A DNA stretch of 64,000 nt. Origin: Phycisphaerae bacterium (lineage in GTDB: Bacteria; Planctomycetota; Phycisphaerae; UBA1845; Fen-1342). Position 1 is the stretch's first letter, and each line of letters starts with the position of its first letter. Shown here one piece after another: positions 10,076-19,307 of the stretch. The translations under genes were made by a program, and so were the position numbers. A model generated the notes under the pieces. It did not search any database and was not told the DNA's origin. It worked only from the letters and a program-made list of their open reading frames with translations. The DNA is taken from NCBI GenBank assembly GCA_050115495.1, contig JASFQK010000003.1, positions 32,001 to 96,000 of the forward strand, written 5' to 3'.

Positions 10076-13000
10076 CTAACACGCCGCCCAACCGCAATGG
10101 CTCGCGCACTTCAGGCACCCCTCCTGACGAGCCACCACACCGCCGCACTGCGGGCAGCGGAGGATGTAACCCGATGCGGCGTCATGCTGGTTTCGCACGC
10201 TCACCAGGTCGTCACTCAGCACGACCACTGGCGTCGTTTCGTCGGCGACGGTCATCTGCTCGCATTCCGTGTCCGGTACGTCGATATCGAGCGTCGCTAC
10301 CTGGAGAACGCCCTCCGCTTCGGCTTCGGCCTCTTCCGGCTCGGCCAGAGCCGTAGCCGTCGCCATGTCGGAGTAGTAGAGAGCGTCGGCGTCGGCTTCA
10401 GCCTCGGCGTACGCATGCCGCTTGCCCTTGCCGTTGGTGCCGCGGGCCTCGAGCGACGATGCCGTCGCCCTGGCTTCCGGCCGCAGCTCATCGGTCAGGC
10501 GTGACGTGTGGGTGGTCGCTCGCCGCTCGATCACGTCGTCGTCCGCCGACGCCGTGAGCGTCCGGCGGGCAGGGGGGGGCGACCCGCCGTTTCCGCTGCG
10601 CGGCGTTTCGCGCGACGCGCTGGGCGTCTGATCGAGCGGCGTAGCCAGCCGGTCGTGCGGTGTCGGCGGGGGGTTCTCGATGTCGGCCGGCTCAATCTCG
10701 CCCAGCAGCAGGGCCCGCAGCCCGAACCGCTCCTTCGCCCGCAGGTACTTCTTCAGGGCACAGGCCAGCCCGTCGGGCAGCGACATGATCCGCCCGGCCC
10801 GCGTGGGCACCTGGTGCGACGTGCCGATCCCTTCCCACTGCTTGATCAGGTGCTTCAGGCTGCCGCCGACCCGCAAGTACAACGATCCGGTTCGGCAGAT
10901 GGCTTCGAGGTCACCGTTGGCCACGTCGCCACCCTTGCCCAGTTGGGCGAAGACCTCGAGCTCCCGCTCGGTGCGCGGATCGACGGTGATCTTCACGTGC
11001 ATGTTGCCGAACGGCGTCAACTGGCGGATGCGGAACCCGCTGACGATCGCCGGCAGGTCGGCCGGCTCGATCGGCTTGCGCTGCGTGTTCGCGACCGGCG
11101 TGGCCTCTTCCTTCGACTCGTCGATCTGCGCGGTGGCGGCCTGCTTCTTCTCGTCGTTGGCCTTGAGGACCATCGGCTGGGTGTCGCGGCAGCCGTCGCG
11201 ATAGACGGTCACGCCCTTGCAGCCGAGCTCGTACGAGAGCTGGTAGATCTTCTCGACGTGCTCCAGCGGGGCGTCGTTGGGGAAGTTGATCGTCTTGCTG
11301 ATGGACGAGTCGCAATGGCGTTGGAACGCGGCCTGCATGCGCGCGTGCCATTCCGGGGAGATGTCGTGCGCGCAGACGAAGATACGCTTGACGTCCTCGG
11401 GCACGTCCTCGACGTGCGCCAGCGAGCCGCTCGCCGCCAACTCGTCGAACAACCCGTCGCGCAGGAAGCCTCGCTGTTCGGCGACCGTGCGGAACGTGTC
11501 GTTTACCTCGACCAGCGGCTTGTCGCCGTGTCGCTGGCCCTTGAGTACGTAGCGGTAGAACGCCAGCGAGAACATCGGCTCAATCCCGCCGGAGCAGTTG
11601 GCGATCATGCTGATCGTGCCGGTCGGCGCGACCGTGGTGACCGCTGCGTTGCGCATGGGGCGGTCGTACTTGGTCTGCCAGATGCTGCCTTTCCAGTTCG
11701 GGAACGAGCCACGCGCCGCCGCCAGCTCGCTGCTGCACTCGTGCCCCTCATCATTGATGAAGCGCATGAACCGCTCGCCCCAGGCGATGCCGTCCTCGCT
11801 GTTGTACGGCACGTTCAGCCGGTACAGGGCGTCGGCGAAGCCCATGATCCCCAGCCCGATCTTGCGATTCGCCTTGCAGATCGCGTCGATCTCGGGCAGC
11901 GGGTACTGGTTCGCGTCGATCACATCGTCCAGGAACCGCGTTGCCAGGTGGATCGTCTCGCGCAGGGCTTCCCAGTCAACTTCGGCCTGCGGCGTGCACG
12001 CCTCACGCACGAACATGCCCAGGTTGACGCTACCCAGGTTGCACGCCTCGTACGGCAGCAGCGGCTGCTCGCCGCAGGGGTTGGTCGCCTCGATGCGGCC
12101 GACCTGCGGCGTCGGATTGTTCTCGTTGATCCGATCCATGAAGACCACGCCCGGTTCGCCCGTCTGCCAGGCGTTGCGGACGATGATCTCCCAGATCTCA
12201 CGCTTGGTGTAGACGTCCTGCGGCAGCTCCTTGCTCTGCGGCGACAGGAGCCGGGGCGACGTGTAGTAGCGGGCCTGGCCGCGAGCCGAAACCGGCTCGA
12301 CACATTCGATCTCGATTAGGTTCCGGATGTCGTATTCCCAGATCTTCACGTCACGCGGAATGACGTAGGACTTGCCCGTGCGCGGATTACGCACGACGTG
12401 CGGCGAGTCCGGGGCCGCCCGGAACTCCTCCATCCACGCGTCCGTCATCTTCACCGAGATGTTGTAGTTGTTGAACTGATTCAGATCCTGCTTGGCGTGG
12501 AGGAACTTCAGAATATCAGGGTGATGAACATACATCATGCCCATATTGGCCCCGCGCCGGAACGCGCCCTGCTGGATGGCGTTGGTGGCTTCACTGAACG
12601 CCCGCCAGAACGTGATGGGGCCGCTGGTCGTCCCGCCGCTGGACTTGATGAAGTCGCCGGTGGGGCGGAGCTCGTCGAACGCGAAACCGGTACCGCCGCC
12701 GGCCTTCTGAATCAGCGCCGTGTGCTTGATGCTATTGAAGATATCCACAATAGAGTCGCGCACCGGCAACACGAAACAGGCGGAGAGCATGCCCATCTCC
12801 CGGCCGGCGTTCATCAACGTTGGCGAGTTCGGCATGAACCGCCCGCTCGTCATCAGGTTGTAGAAGCGGTCCTCCCAACGCTGCCGCTCGTCGTTGTCCG
12901 CCCCATAGAGCTTCTCGACGTCGGCAATCGTCCGCGCCACCCGCCGAAACAGGTGCGCCGGTCGCTCGACGCACATGCCCATTTCGTTCTTTTTCAGGTA

Positions 13001-13096
13001 GCGCGCCTCCAGAACCTTTCGCCCGTTCTCCGTCAGCGCAGGCTCGTCCGTAAGCGCGGCGCTGCCCGTCATATCTTGAGTCCGATCCAGGGTCAT
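10076..13096 (-). CDS. nrdJ: Vitamin B12-dependent class II ribonucleotide reductase with TSCPD-like domain and C-terminal Zn ribbon
   Basis: FMPNSPTLMNAG, LSACFV, GGGTG, TNPCGEQPL, EACNLGS, APTGTIS, SISKTIN, KGVTVYRDG; C-terminal CPQC...EGCLKC...CGWAAC. Confidence 0.95.
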   Translation of the reverse strand: MTLDRTQDMTGSAALTDEPALTENGRKVLEARYLKKNEMGMCVERPAHLFRRVARTIADVEKLYGADNDERQRWEDRFYNLMTSGRFMPNSPTLMNAGREMGMLSACFVLPVRDSIVDIFNSIKHTALIQKAGGGTGFAFDELRPTGDFIKSSGGTTSGPITFWRAFSEATNAIQQGAFRRGANMGMMYVHHPDILKFLHAKQDLNQFNNYNISVKMTDAWMEEFRAAPDSPHVVRNPRTGKSYVIPRDVKIWEYDIRNLIEIECVEPVSARGQARYYTSPRLLSPQSKELPQDVYTKREIWEIIVRNAWQTGEPGVVFMDRINENNPTPQVGRIEATNPCGEQPLLPYEACNLGSVNLGMFVREACTPQAEVDWEALRETIHLATRFLDDVIDANQYPLPEIDAICKANRKIGLGIMGFADALYRLNVPYNSEDGIAWGERFMRFINDEGHECSSELAAARGSFPNWKGSIWQTKYDRPMRNAAVTTVAPTGTISMIANCSGGIEPMFSLAFYRYVLKGQRHGDKPLVEVNDTFRTVAEQRGFLRDGLFDELAASGSLAHVEDVPEDVKRIFVCAHDISPEWHARMQAAFQRHCDSSISKTINFPNDAPLEHVEKIYQLSYELGCKGVTVYRDGCRDTQPMVLKANDEKKQAATAQIDESKEEATPVANTQRKPIEPADLPAIVSGFRIRQLTPFGNMHVKITVDPRTERELEVFAQLGKGGDVANGDLEAICRTGSLYLRVGGSLKHLIKQWEGIGTSHQVPTRAGRIMSLPDGLACALKKYLRAKERFGLRALLLGEIEPADIENPPPTPHDRLATPLDQTPSASRETPRSGNGGSPPPARRTLTASADDDVIERRATTHTSRLTDELRPEARATASSLEARGTNGKGKRHAYAEAEADADALYYSDMATATALAEPEEAEAEAEGVLQVATLDIDVPDTECEQMTVADETTPVVVLSDDLVSVRNQHDAASGYILRCPQCGGVVARQEGCLKCASHCGWAAC

Positions 13097-13202
13097 CCGT
13101 GAACGTCCTGTGGTTGAAGGTGGCGAACCAGGCTACTGCTCGGCGTGCCGACGAAGCCTCAGGCTATGCCCGTCACTGCGCCTCGTCAGGCTTCCCCGAC
13201 GA

Positions 13203-13371
13203 GCCCCAGCTATTGGGGGCAACTTCAATGATAACCCAACATATTGCGGTAGTCAAAGTTAAATGTGACCCGGCGCGCAAGTCACTGAAACCAAAGACCT
13301 TGTATCAAAACAAAATGCTCGCCACAACATCTTGTACTTAACCGGTCCTTAGCCCCGACAAAGTATTGTTG
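13203..13371. promoter_or_regulatory. NrdR boxes upstream of nrdJ (two strong, two weaker)
   Basis: ACCCAACATATTGCGG at 13234-13249 and CCACAACATCTTGTAC at 13322-13337 match acaCwAtATaTwGtg. Weaker boxes at 13203 and 13356. Confidence 0.75.
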
Positions 13372-13466
13372 ACACGCTAACATAATGCGAACGTGCGCCC
13401 TCCCAACGACGTGATTTTCGTCGAAGACGAATCCCCCCAACAGCCCAAATGTGGACCGCCTCGCTC

Positions 13467-14645
13467 TCAGTTAGACCGGCCGGCGTCCAGCGCGAACTGG
13501 GCCAGCAGGGCGGCTCCGCGGGGCAGCGCCCGCTCGTCGATCCGGAAGCCCGGGTGATGGTGCGGCCGGCTCGACCCATCGGGCAACGCCGCCCCCAGGA
13601 ACACCAGCGCCGCCGGCACCCGTTCGGCGTAGTACGCGAAGTCCTCCGCGCCGCCCATGGGCGACATGGTCCGCAGCAGGTTCTCGTCCCAGCCGATGTG
13701 TCGGGCAGCCGTCAGGGCCCGGCGGACGACGTCCTCGCTGTTGACCAGCACCGGATAGCCGGGAAAGACCTCCGCGTCGGCCATAGCGCCATGACCGGCG
13801 GCGATACCCTTCGCCAACTCGATCACGCGTTGGCACACCTTGGTGCGCACGGTCGAACTGAGCGTGCGGATCGTCCCGCGCATGACGGCGAGTTCCGGGA
13901 TGATGTTGTCCCCGGTACCGGCTGTCACGCGCGCCACCGACACCACGGCCCGGTCGGTCATGGCGATCGAGCGGCTCACCACCGTTTGCAGCGCCAGCAC
14001 GATTTCCGCGGAAATAACGACGGGATCGAGGCAGTCTTCGGGCATCGCTGCATGGCCACCGCGACCGTGCACGCGGATCTCGAGGTCGTTGACACTGGAC
14101 ATGAGCGGGCCGGCGCCGACGCCCAGCACGCCCAACGGCAACTGCGACCAGATGTGCAGGCCGAATACCGACTCGACATTGTCCAGCACGCCGGCGGCGA
14201 TCATGCCGCTCGCGCCGCCGGGGTAATGCTCCTCGTGCGGCTGAAAGATGAGACGGACGGAACGCTTGAGCTCGCTCTGGCGCTCCTTCAGCAGGGCGGC
14301 AGCGCCGAGCATCATGGCCATGTGCGCGTCGTGACCGCAGGCGTGCATGACGCCGGCGCTCTCGGAGGCGTAGTCCAGGCCGGTCTCTTCCTGGATGGGC
14401 AGGGCGTCCATGTCGGCGCGGAGGCCGATGGCTGGTCCGCCGTCGGCGTCAAGGTCGACAATCAGACCATAGCCGTCGCCAACCGGACGCTTGGGTCGAT
14501 AACCCAGACGCTCCAATTCCTGGGCGACAAAGTCGGCGGTGGCCCGCTCCTGACCGCTAAGTTCCGGGTGGGCATGGAGATGCCGGCGCCACTGAATCAT
14601 GCGCTCGGCAAGGCCGTCGGCGGCCGCTGATACGGTTGGCGACAT
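13467..14645 (-). CDS. M20D-family amidohydrolase
   Basis: RRHLHAHPELS, LRADMDALPI, MHACGHDAH, FQPHEE, GAEDFAYY, HHHPGF. Confidence 0.93.
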   Translation of the reverse strand: MSPTVSAAADGLAERMIQWRRHLHAHPELSGQERATADFVAQELERLGYRPKRPVGDGYGLIVDLDADGGPAIGLRADMDALPIQEETGLDYASESAGVMHACGHDAHMAMMLGAAALLKERQSELKRSVRLIFQPHEEHYPGGASGMIAAGVLDNVESVFGLHIWSQLPLGVLGVGAGPLMSSVNDLEIRVHGRGGHAAMPEDCLDPVVISAEIVLALQTVVSRSIAMTDRAVVSVARVTAGTGDNIIPELAVMRGTIRTLSSTVRTKVCQRVIELAKGIAAGHGAMADAEVFPGYPVLVNSEDVVRRALTAARHIGWDENLLRTMSPMGGAEDFAYYAERVPAALVFLGAALPDGSSRPHHHPGFRIDERALPRGAALLAQFALDAGRSN

Positions 14646-14788
14646 ATCGTCTCTCCGTTAACCAATCAGTCCCATAAACCACACATAAATCACGACAAGC
14701 GAAGAGTTTACCTCGAATGGCCCGTGCGGGATAATACACAGTGCCACGGCGACCATGCAAGTTCATGGATTCGCGGAGTTGACTGGGA

Positions 14789-15538
14789 ATGTGGACGTTC
14801 AACCTGATGTGCGACGAGTTCTATGTCGCGTCGCGTCTGTTCTTCAAACTTGACCTCAACCCCTCGCGAGAGACCCTCCTGCACTTCTTCGAGCAGGTGC
14901 GACGGGCCTTTCCGCGCCTGCAACGCCTCCGCCGGCGGGACGACGGCACGATCACGCTCGACGAGGAGCCAGATCTCGAAGGTGGCCGCCGGTACGTCCG
15001 GCTGGGCACCAACGCTCTACGCCTCGGGCAGCTCTCGCCGCGCGGGCCGGAGCCCGTCAAGGCCATGGCCGACATGGTCTTCGAGCACGCCCCGTGTCAC
15101 CTGAGCCTCAGCGACCTGGACTATGACCGGCTCGAGGTTGTCTTCGGTTTCGACCTCGAATTCGCCGGAAACCACGACGGTCTCGTGGGCGAGACGCTGC
15201 TGGGCGATAGCCCCTTGCTCTCGGCGATGACCGGCGGCGGCGACGCGGTCATCGACTGCGCCCCGTGCCTGGGCGTGGCCCTGAGCGCGGACTGCCGCAC
15301 GCAGGCCTACCTCGACGTACGCGGCCGGACGGCGATGTACGAGCTGCGCAGCAACGAGTACGAGACCCGGGTGCTCAGTGTGTCGCTGACGGTGCGGCAG
15401 GACCTTCGCGACTCAGCACCGGACCAACTGGCGTTCGCGCACCACAACCTGGTCGAGACCGCCGAGCGCTTCGCGAACGAACGCGTCGTGCCGCTCGTGG
15501 TTCGCCCACTACGTGAAGCGATCGCCACGCGGCAGTAG
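14789..15538 (+). CDS. Hypothetical protein (planctomycete-type conserved)
   Basis: Clean ORF with GC3-rich codon usage; CDEFY...RETLLHFFEQVRR...GFDLEFAGNHD. Confidence 0.75.
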   Translation: MWTFNLMCDEFYVASRLFFKLDLNPSRETLLHFFEQVRRAFPRLQRLRRRDDGTITLDEEPDLEGGRRYVRLGTNALRLGQLSPRGPEPVKAMADMVFEHAPCHLSLSDLDYDRLEVVFGFDLEFAGNHDGLVGETLLGDSPLLSAMTGGGDAVIDCAPCLGVALSADCRTQAYLDVRGRTAMYELRSNEYETRVLSVSLTVRQDLRDSAPDQLAFAHHNLVETAERFANERVVPLVVRPLREAIATRQ

Positions 15539-15688
15539 GCCGAACGCCGGTGGGACGGCCAGGGAGGACGCCGGACAGCCCCGGGCGCATATTCACCAAG
15601 CGCGGCAGGTGCACAACACAAGCTGACGCACGAGAGCGGGCGAGCCCGCGAAGTCTCGCAACGCTCGCCCGCTGCGTTGTTTATGACT

Positions 15689-15762
15689 CGCGCCCGGCAG
15701 GATTCGAACCTGCGACCCCAGGTTTAGGAAACCTGTGCTCTATCCTGCTGAGCTACGGGCGC
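15689..15762 (-). tRNA. tRNA-Arg (CCT)
   Basis: Reverse complement GCGCCCGTAGCTCAGCAGGATAGAGCACAGGTTTCCTAAACCTGGGGTCGCAGGTTCGAATCCTGCCGGGCGCG; anticodon loop TTCCTAA; CCA not encoded. Confidence 0.97.
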
Positions 15763-15894
15763 ATCATCTCCAACATGATACCACCATGCTCGTCGCCGTG
15801 AAGACCCGGGGCGATAGGCGGGCAGGCCGGACGCTGCTATGCTGATGGCGCGTGTTTCATGAGTTATTGGGGCGCTTACGGGAGGCAAGCAAGC

Positions 15895-16248
15895 ATGCAC
15901 CCACTGGAACAGGCTCTCAGCGTTATTGGCCCGATTGTCGGGGGAATCATCGTACTGGCGTTGTTCTTCAAGTTCCTCGGCAGGGTCGGCCGCGGGATCG
16001 CATCCGGAACTACACGTTTCACGGTCAAGGGTGTATTCGATGGGAACACCCGCGCGACTATCTATCTAAACAGCGGCGATGCACTCAAAGACGTGCGCAT
16101 CCTTGGGTTCACCGAGTCGTCGGTAGGAACAATGGGCTTGCCGTACGAACTCGGCCATCTACTGATCCTGCAACATGCGGATGATCGGCACACGCTCGTT
16201 CACGCCCGGCTGATTCGCAGGATCGAGGTGTCGCCGCAGATCTCGTAG
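15895..16248 (+). CDS. Small protein with N-terminal TM, unknown function
   Basis: GGAGG RBS before ATG 15895; TM VIGPIVGGIIVLALFF; codon usage less GC-biased than neighbours. Confidence 0.65.
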   Translation: MHPLEQALSVIGPIVGGIIVLALFFKFLGRVGRGIASGTTRFTVKGVFDGNTRATIYLNSGDALKDVRILGFTESSVGTMGLPYELGHLLILQHADDRHTLVHARLIRRIEVSPQIS

Positions 16249-16338
16249 AGTGCGCCTGCGTGGCGTGCTCTGAGCCGAAGACGCGGGCATGCAGCTAACC
16301 GCTTCGTGGGGGTTGCAACTCGGACAGGGCGGGCGTGC

Positions 16339-16620
16339 TCAGAGCTCGTCGGCCAGCTCGTACATGCCGTAGCCGCCCTTGCGCAGCTTGCCCTGGCGGA
16401 CCAGCTCGTCCCAGACCGCCGGCGGGTATTTCGCGGGCGGCGTGATGGCCACGATGCCAGAGCGGCCACCGCCGCTCATCGGCCCGTGTCCGAGCCGCGA
16501 CTCGTCGTCCAGTCGGGCGAGCTTCAGCCGCTTCTTAAAGGCCTTGAACGCGTTCTTCACCTGCACGGGATCGAGCCCGCCGGCGGCGTCGCCGGCCGGC
16601 TGGGGCGAGTCACTGGTCAT
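16339..16620 (-). CDS. Small basic hypothetical protein (planctomycete-type)
   Basis: AGGAG RBS; AFKAFKKRLKLARLDDESRLG...AITPP...VWDELVRQGKL. Confidence 0.75.
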   Translation of the reverse strand: MTSDSPQPAGDAAGGLDPVQVKNAFKAFKKRLKLARLDDESRLGHGPMSGGGRSGIVAITPPAKYPPAVWDELVRQGKLRKGGYGMYELADEL

Positions 16621-16864
16621 GGCGTGCTCCTGTTCGACCGCGGGGTCGACGGTACAGCGGCCACCATACTCCGCCGGCCCGCGGCGTGCCAAGGGGCCGA
16701 TTCCCGCGTGCCCAGAGGTTGAGGCCATCGGCTATGTCCGTGCGACCTCCGGGCGAAGGAAGACGAGGTGGCCAAGGCGTTCGCGCCCAGGGACTTCCGT
16801 CCCCGCGACCGAAATCGCGGACAGGCCTTGCCGTCGGCCGGGCATGCTTGCTACGCTCACCAGC

Positions 16865-17569
16865 ATGCTCATGAGTAGGCCGCCGCCGAGTTTCGATGAG
16901 TGGGTCGAGTACTGCTTCACGCAGGGGCACGCCGACTCGTCGGTCGAGTCTGGAGCGCCGGGTTACGGCGAGATCATGACGCGGTGGTCGCGATTCACCG
17001 ACTTCGAAATGCGCGTGCTGCCTGAGTACATCACTCGGCTGTTCCGCAGTCCGGCCTTCCTCGCCGACCGCTACTCCGACGACCAGATCGGCGATGGGAC
17101 GTGGTTTCTCCTGGGAGTCGAGTCGGAGTATTTCCTGAAATTGTGGTTTCTGCCTGTTGGGCCAGACATACAGATCGAGTGTATGTCCTCGGTCGCGACG
17201 CTCTACACGGAGCTGTACGACCGCGTGTGCTGCAAGCGCGGGACCGACCCAGGGGGCGACTACACGAATAGCCTCAAGGTCGATATCGCCGTCCACATGA
17301 TCTGGGACATGTGCAGTCTGGACGCGGCCGTCATGCCCCCGGAGCCGATGCCACATCTGGTCGAGCCGGCGTTTACGGTACTGGATACGATCCTCAGGCG
17401 CTGCCGGACCAGTTCGTGTCTCACGAGCGCGCTACATGGGCTCGGTCACCTTCACGAGGCCCACCCACGCCGCGTGGAAAAGCTGATCGACAGGTTCCTG
17501 GTCAGTCGCCAAGTGAGCGAGCACGTTCGCGAGTACGCGCTGGAAGCCAGGGCGGGGGACGTTCAATAA
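16865..17569 (+). CDS. Hypothetical protein with HEAT-like C-terminus
   Basis: Coding-like part of ORF 16379 begins at MLMSRPPPSFDEWV; ends SALHGLGHLH...REYALEARAGDVQ. Confidence 0.7.
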   Translation: MLMSRPPPSFDEWVEYCFTQGHADSSVESGAPGYGEIMTRWSRFTDFEMRVLPEYITRLFRSPAFLADRYSDDQIGDGTWFLLGVESEYFLKLWFLPVGPDIQIECMSSVATLYTELYDRVCCKRGTDPGGDYTNSLKVDIAVHMIWDMCSLDAAVMPPEPMPHLVEPAFTVLDTILRRCRTSSCLTSALHGLGHLHEAHPRRVEKLIDRFLVSRQVSEHVREYALEARAGDVQ

Positions 17570-18317
17570 CGGAGCCCCGGAGGCTGAATGCTCTGGCCAC
17601 GCTCGTGCACCCTCCGAGCGAAGAAACGTTGCGCGGGCGCCTCTTCACCCATGCGACGCACGAACGAGTCCCTGGACACGCATCCTTGCTCTCTTGAGCG
17701 ATGCAACCCGCCACACTCACCCCGCGCGCACCAAACAGAAAGCGGCGTCCCGCCACGAGGTATGGCGAGACGCCGCCGGATGGGCTTGCCGCGAGCCCAC
17801 CGGTCTGCGTGCGGCCTGCTTCCTTCACCCGGGAAAGCACCTTGAACGTCTATTACTTCGCCGACGTCCGGGCGATCCGCGGAAAACCACGCGCTGCCAG
17901 CGTCCGGACGAACTCGCGGGGTGCCCGGATCGACGGATGACATTGACGCCGCGACCATCGCCGCGACGGAGCCACAACCGGCGCCAGACGTCGCCAGTCG
18001 GCGCGTTTCCGCCGGTACAACACCAATTATTCAGGCCATGGTGGAACAGCACGGGGTGGGGAAGGTCGCGTGATCGGCTCGCCACGCGTAGCCCGAGCTT
18101 CAGCCCATCCCACGCACGGCCATTGTGTCGCCCTCGTCCCCGCGAGTGCGTCGGTGGCACCCGCCCTCGGCGACCGCTTCCGGACCGCGGGAACATCACC
18201 GCAGCCCGCGCGGTCCGGGCCAGCACACCCAGGACCGCTACCCAATACTAGGCGCCCCCAAAGTCGCTTGACCAGAGCTTACGACAAATATGCGACCGCC
18301 CGCGCATTTCCGCCGGT

Positions 18318-19307
18318 CTACCACGCCTCAAAATCGCCGATGATCTCCACCGCCAGGTCTTTGATCGTCAGGATTCCCAGGCACATGCCAGCGGCGTTCT
18401 CCACGATCGCCATCGCCTCACGCGTCTGTTGCATGCGGAGCAGGGCGGTGGAGACGCTCGTCTCCGGCGGTAGCCGGAGCGCCTCGCGTACATGAGCCGC
18501 CACCGGTCGTTGCTCGGCGTCGGTCAGCACGTCGTAAACGTTCACGATCCCGATGATTCGTTGTCGATCGCTCTCATACACCGGTAGACGCGAGAAATGG
18601 GCCATCCGGGCGATGCGCAGAAAATCCCCACGCGGGATGGCCCGCGGCACGGTGGCCGCCCGGTCGCGCGTGATCATCACCCGCGACACCGGAGTGTTCG
18701 AAATCCCCATCACCCGGTCCATCAGGCTGCGCTGCCAGACGGTCAGCCCGCCGTGCGCCGCCCCTTCGTGCAGCAGTCGGAGCACGCCAGCCCGCCGCAG
18801 GATGGCCTCGTTGTCCGGTTCGTGCAGTGGGTCGATCCAGCGCGCGAGCCGGTGGGTCAGCGAGCGCAGGGCCCAAACCAGACCGGTGGCCCGCGCCGCC
18901 CGCAGGGCCAGCGACCCGGGCAGGGCCAGGGCGTACATCAACCGATCGCTCTCCCGCCGGAACCAGTCCTTCGGAATAACGCCGCCGAACACGAGGATCA
19001 GCGGCGTTACGGTGGCCGTCGCGTACAGCTCGGTCAGGTTCACCGGCACGGCCGCTCGCAGTAACAGGGCGGACGTGGTCGCCGTGACGATGTAGTCGGA
19101 AATATTGGTGCCCAGCAGGGCAGTGATGACGAGGTCTTCCGGGCGGCGCATGGCCTCGGCGAGTTGCCGGGCTCCCGGCCGGCCGCGTTCGGCGGCGACC
19201 CGCAGCCGTACCCGGTTCAGGCAATACACGCCCGTCTCCGTCCCCGAAGACACGGCGCTCAGCAGCACCGCCGCCAGCAGGATGACCAGCAGCAGGGCGG
19301 TGATCAT
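18318..19307 (-). CDS. CNNM/DUF21-CBS domain protein (HlyC/CorC-like)
   Basis: SAVSSGTETG, LLGTN, FGGVIPK, HFSRLPVY, CBS pair; ATGA overlap with the upstream paralog. Confidence 0.88.
   Translation of the reverse strand: MITALLLVILLAAVLLSAVSSGTETGVYCLNRVRLRVAAERGRPGARQLAEAMRRPEDLVITALLGTNISDYIVTATTSALLLRAAVPVNLTELYATATVTPLILVFGGVIPKDWFRRESDRLMYALALPGSLALRAARATGLVWALRSLTHRLARWIDPLHEPDNEAILRRAGVLRLLHEGAAHGGLTVWQRSLMDRVMGISNTPVSRVMITRDRAATVPRAIPRGDFLRIARMAHFSRLPVYESDRQRIIGIVNVYDVLTDAEQRPVAAHVREALRLPPETSVSTALLRMQQTREAMAIVENAAGMCLGILTIKDLAVEIIGDFEAW

Noticed and set aside
12218..12318. Possible intein in NrdJ
   Set aside because: It is only a ~30-aa insertion with no intein splice motifs (C/S…HN).
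10508..12319. Long plus-strand ORF (603 aa); similar ORFs at 41062-43656, 5921-7735 and 19724-21496
   Set aside because: These are antisense shadows of real high-GC genes and contain no motifs.
15689..15762. tRNA-anchored integrative element
   Set aside because: There is no integrase and no duplicated tRNA 3' end, and the atypical genes lie on the tRNA's 5' side.
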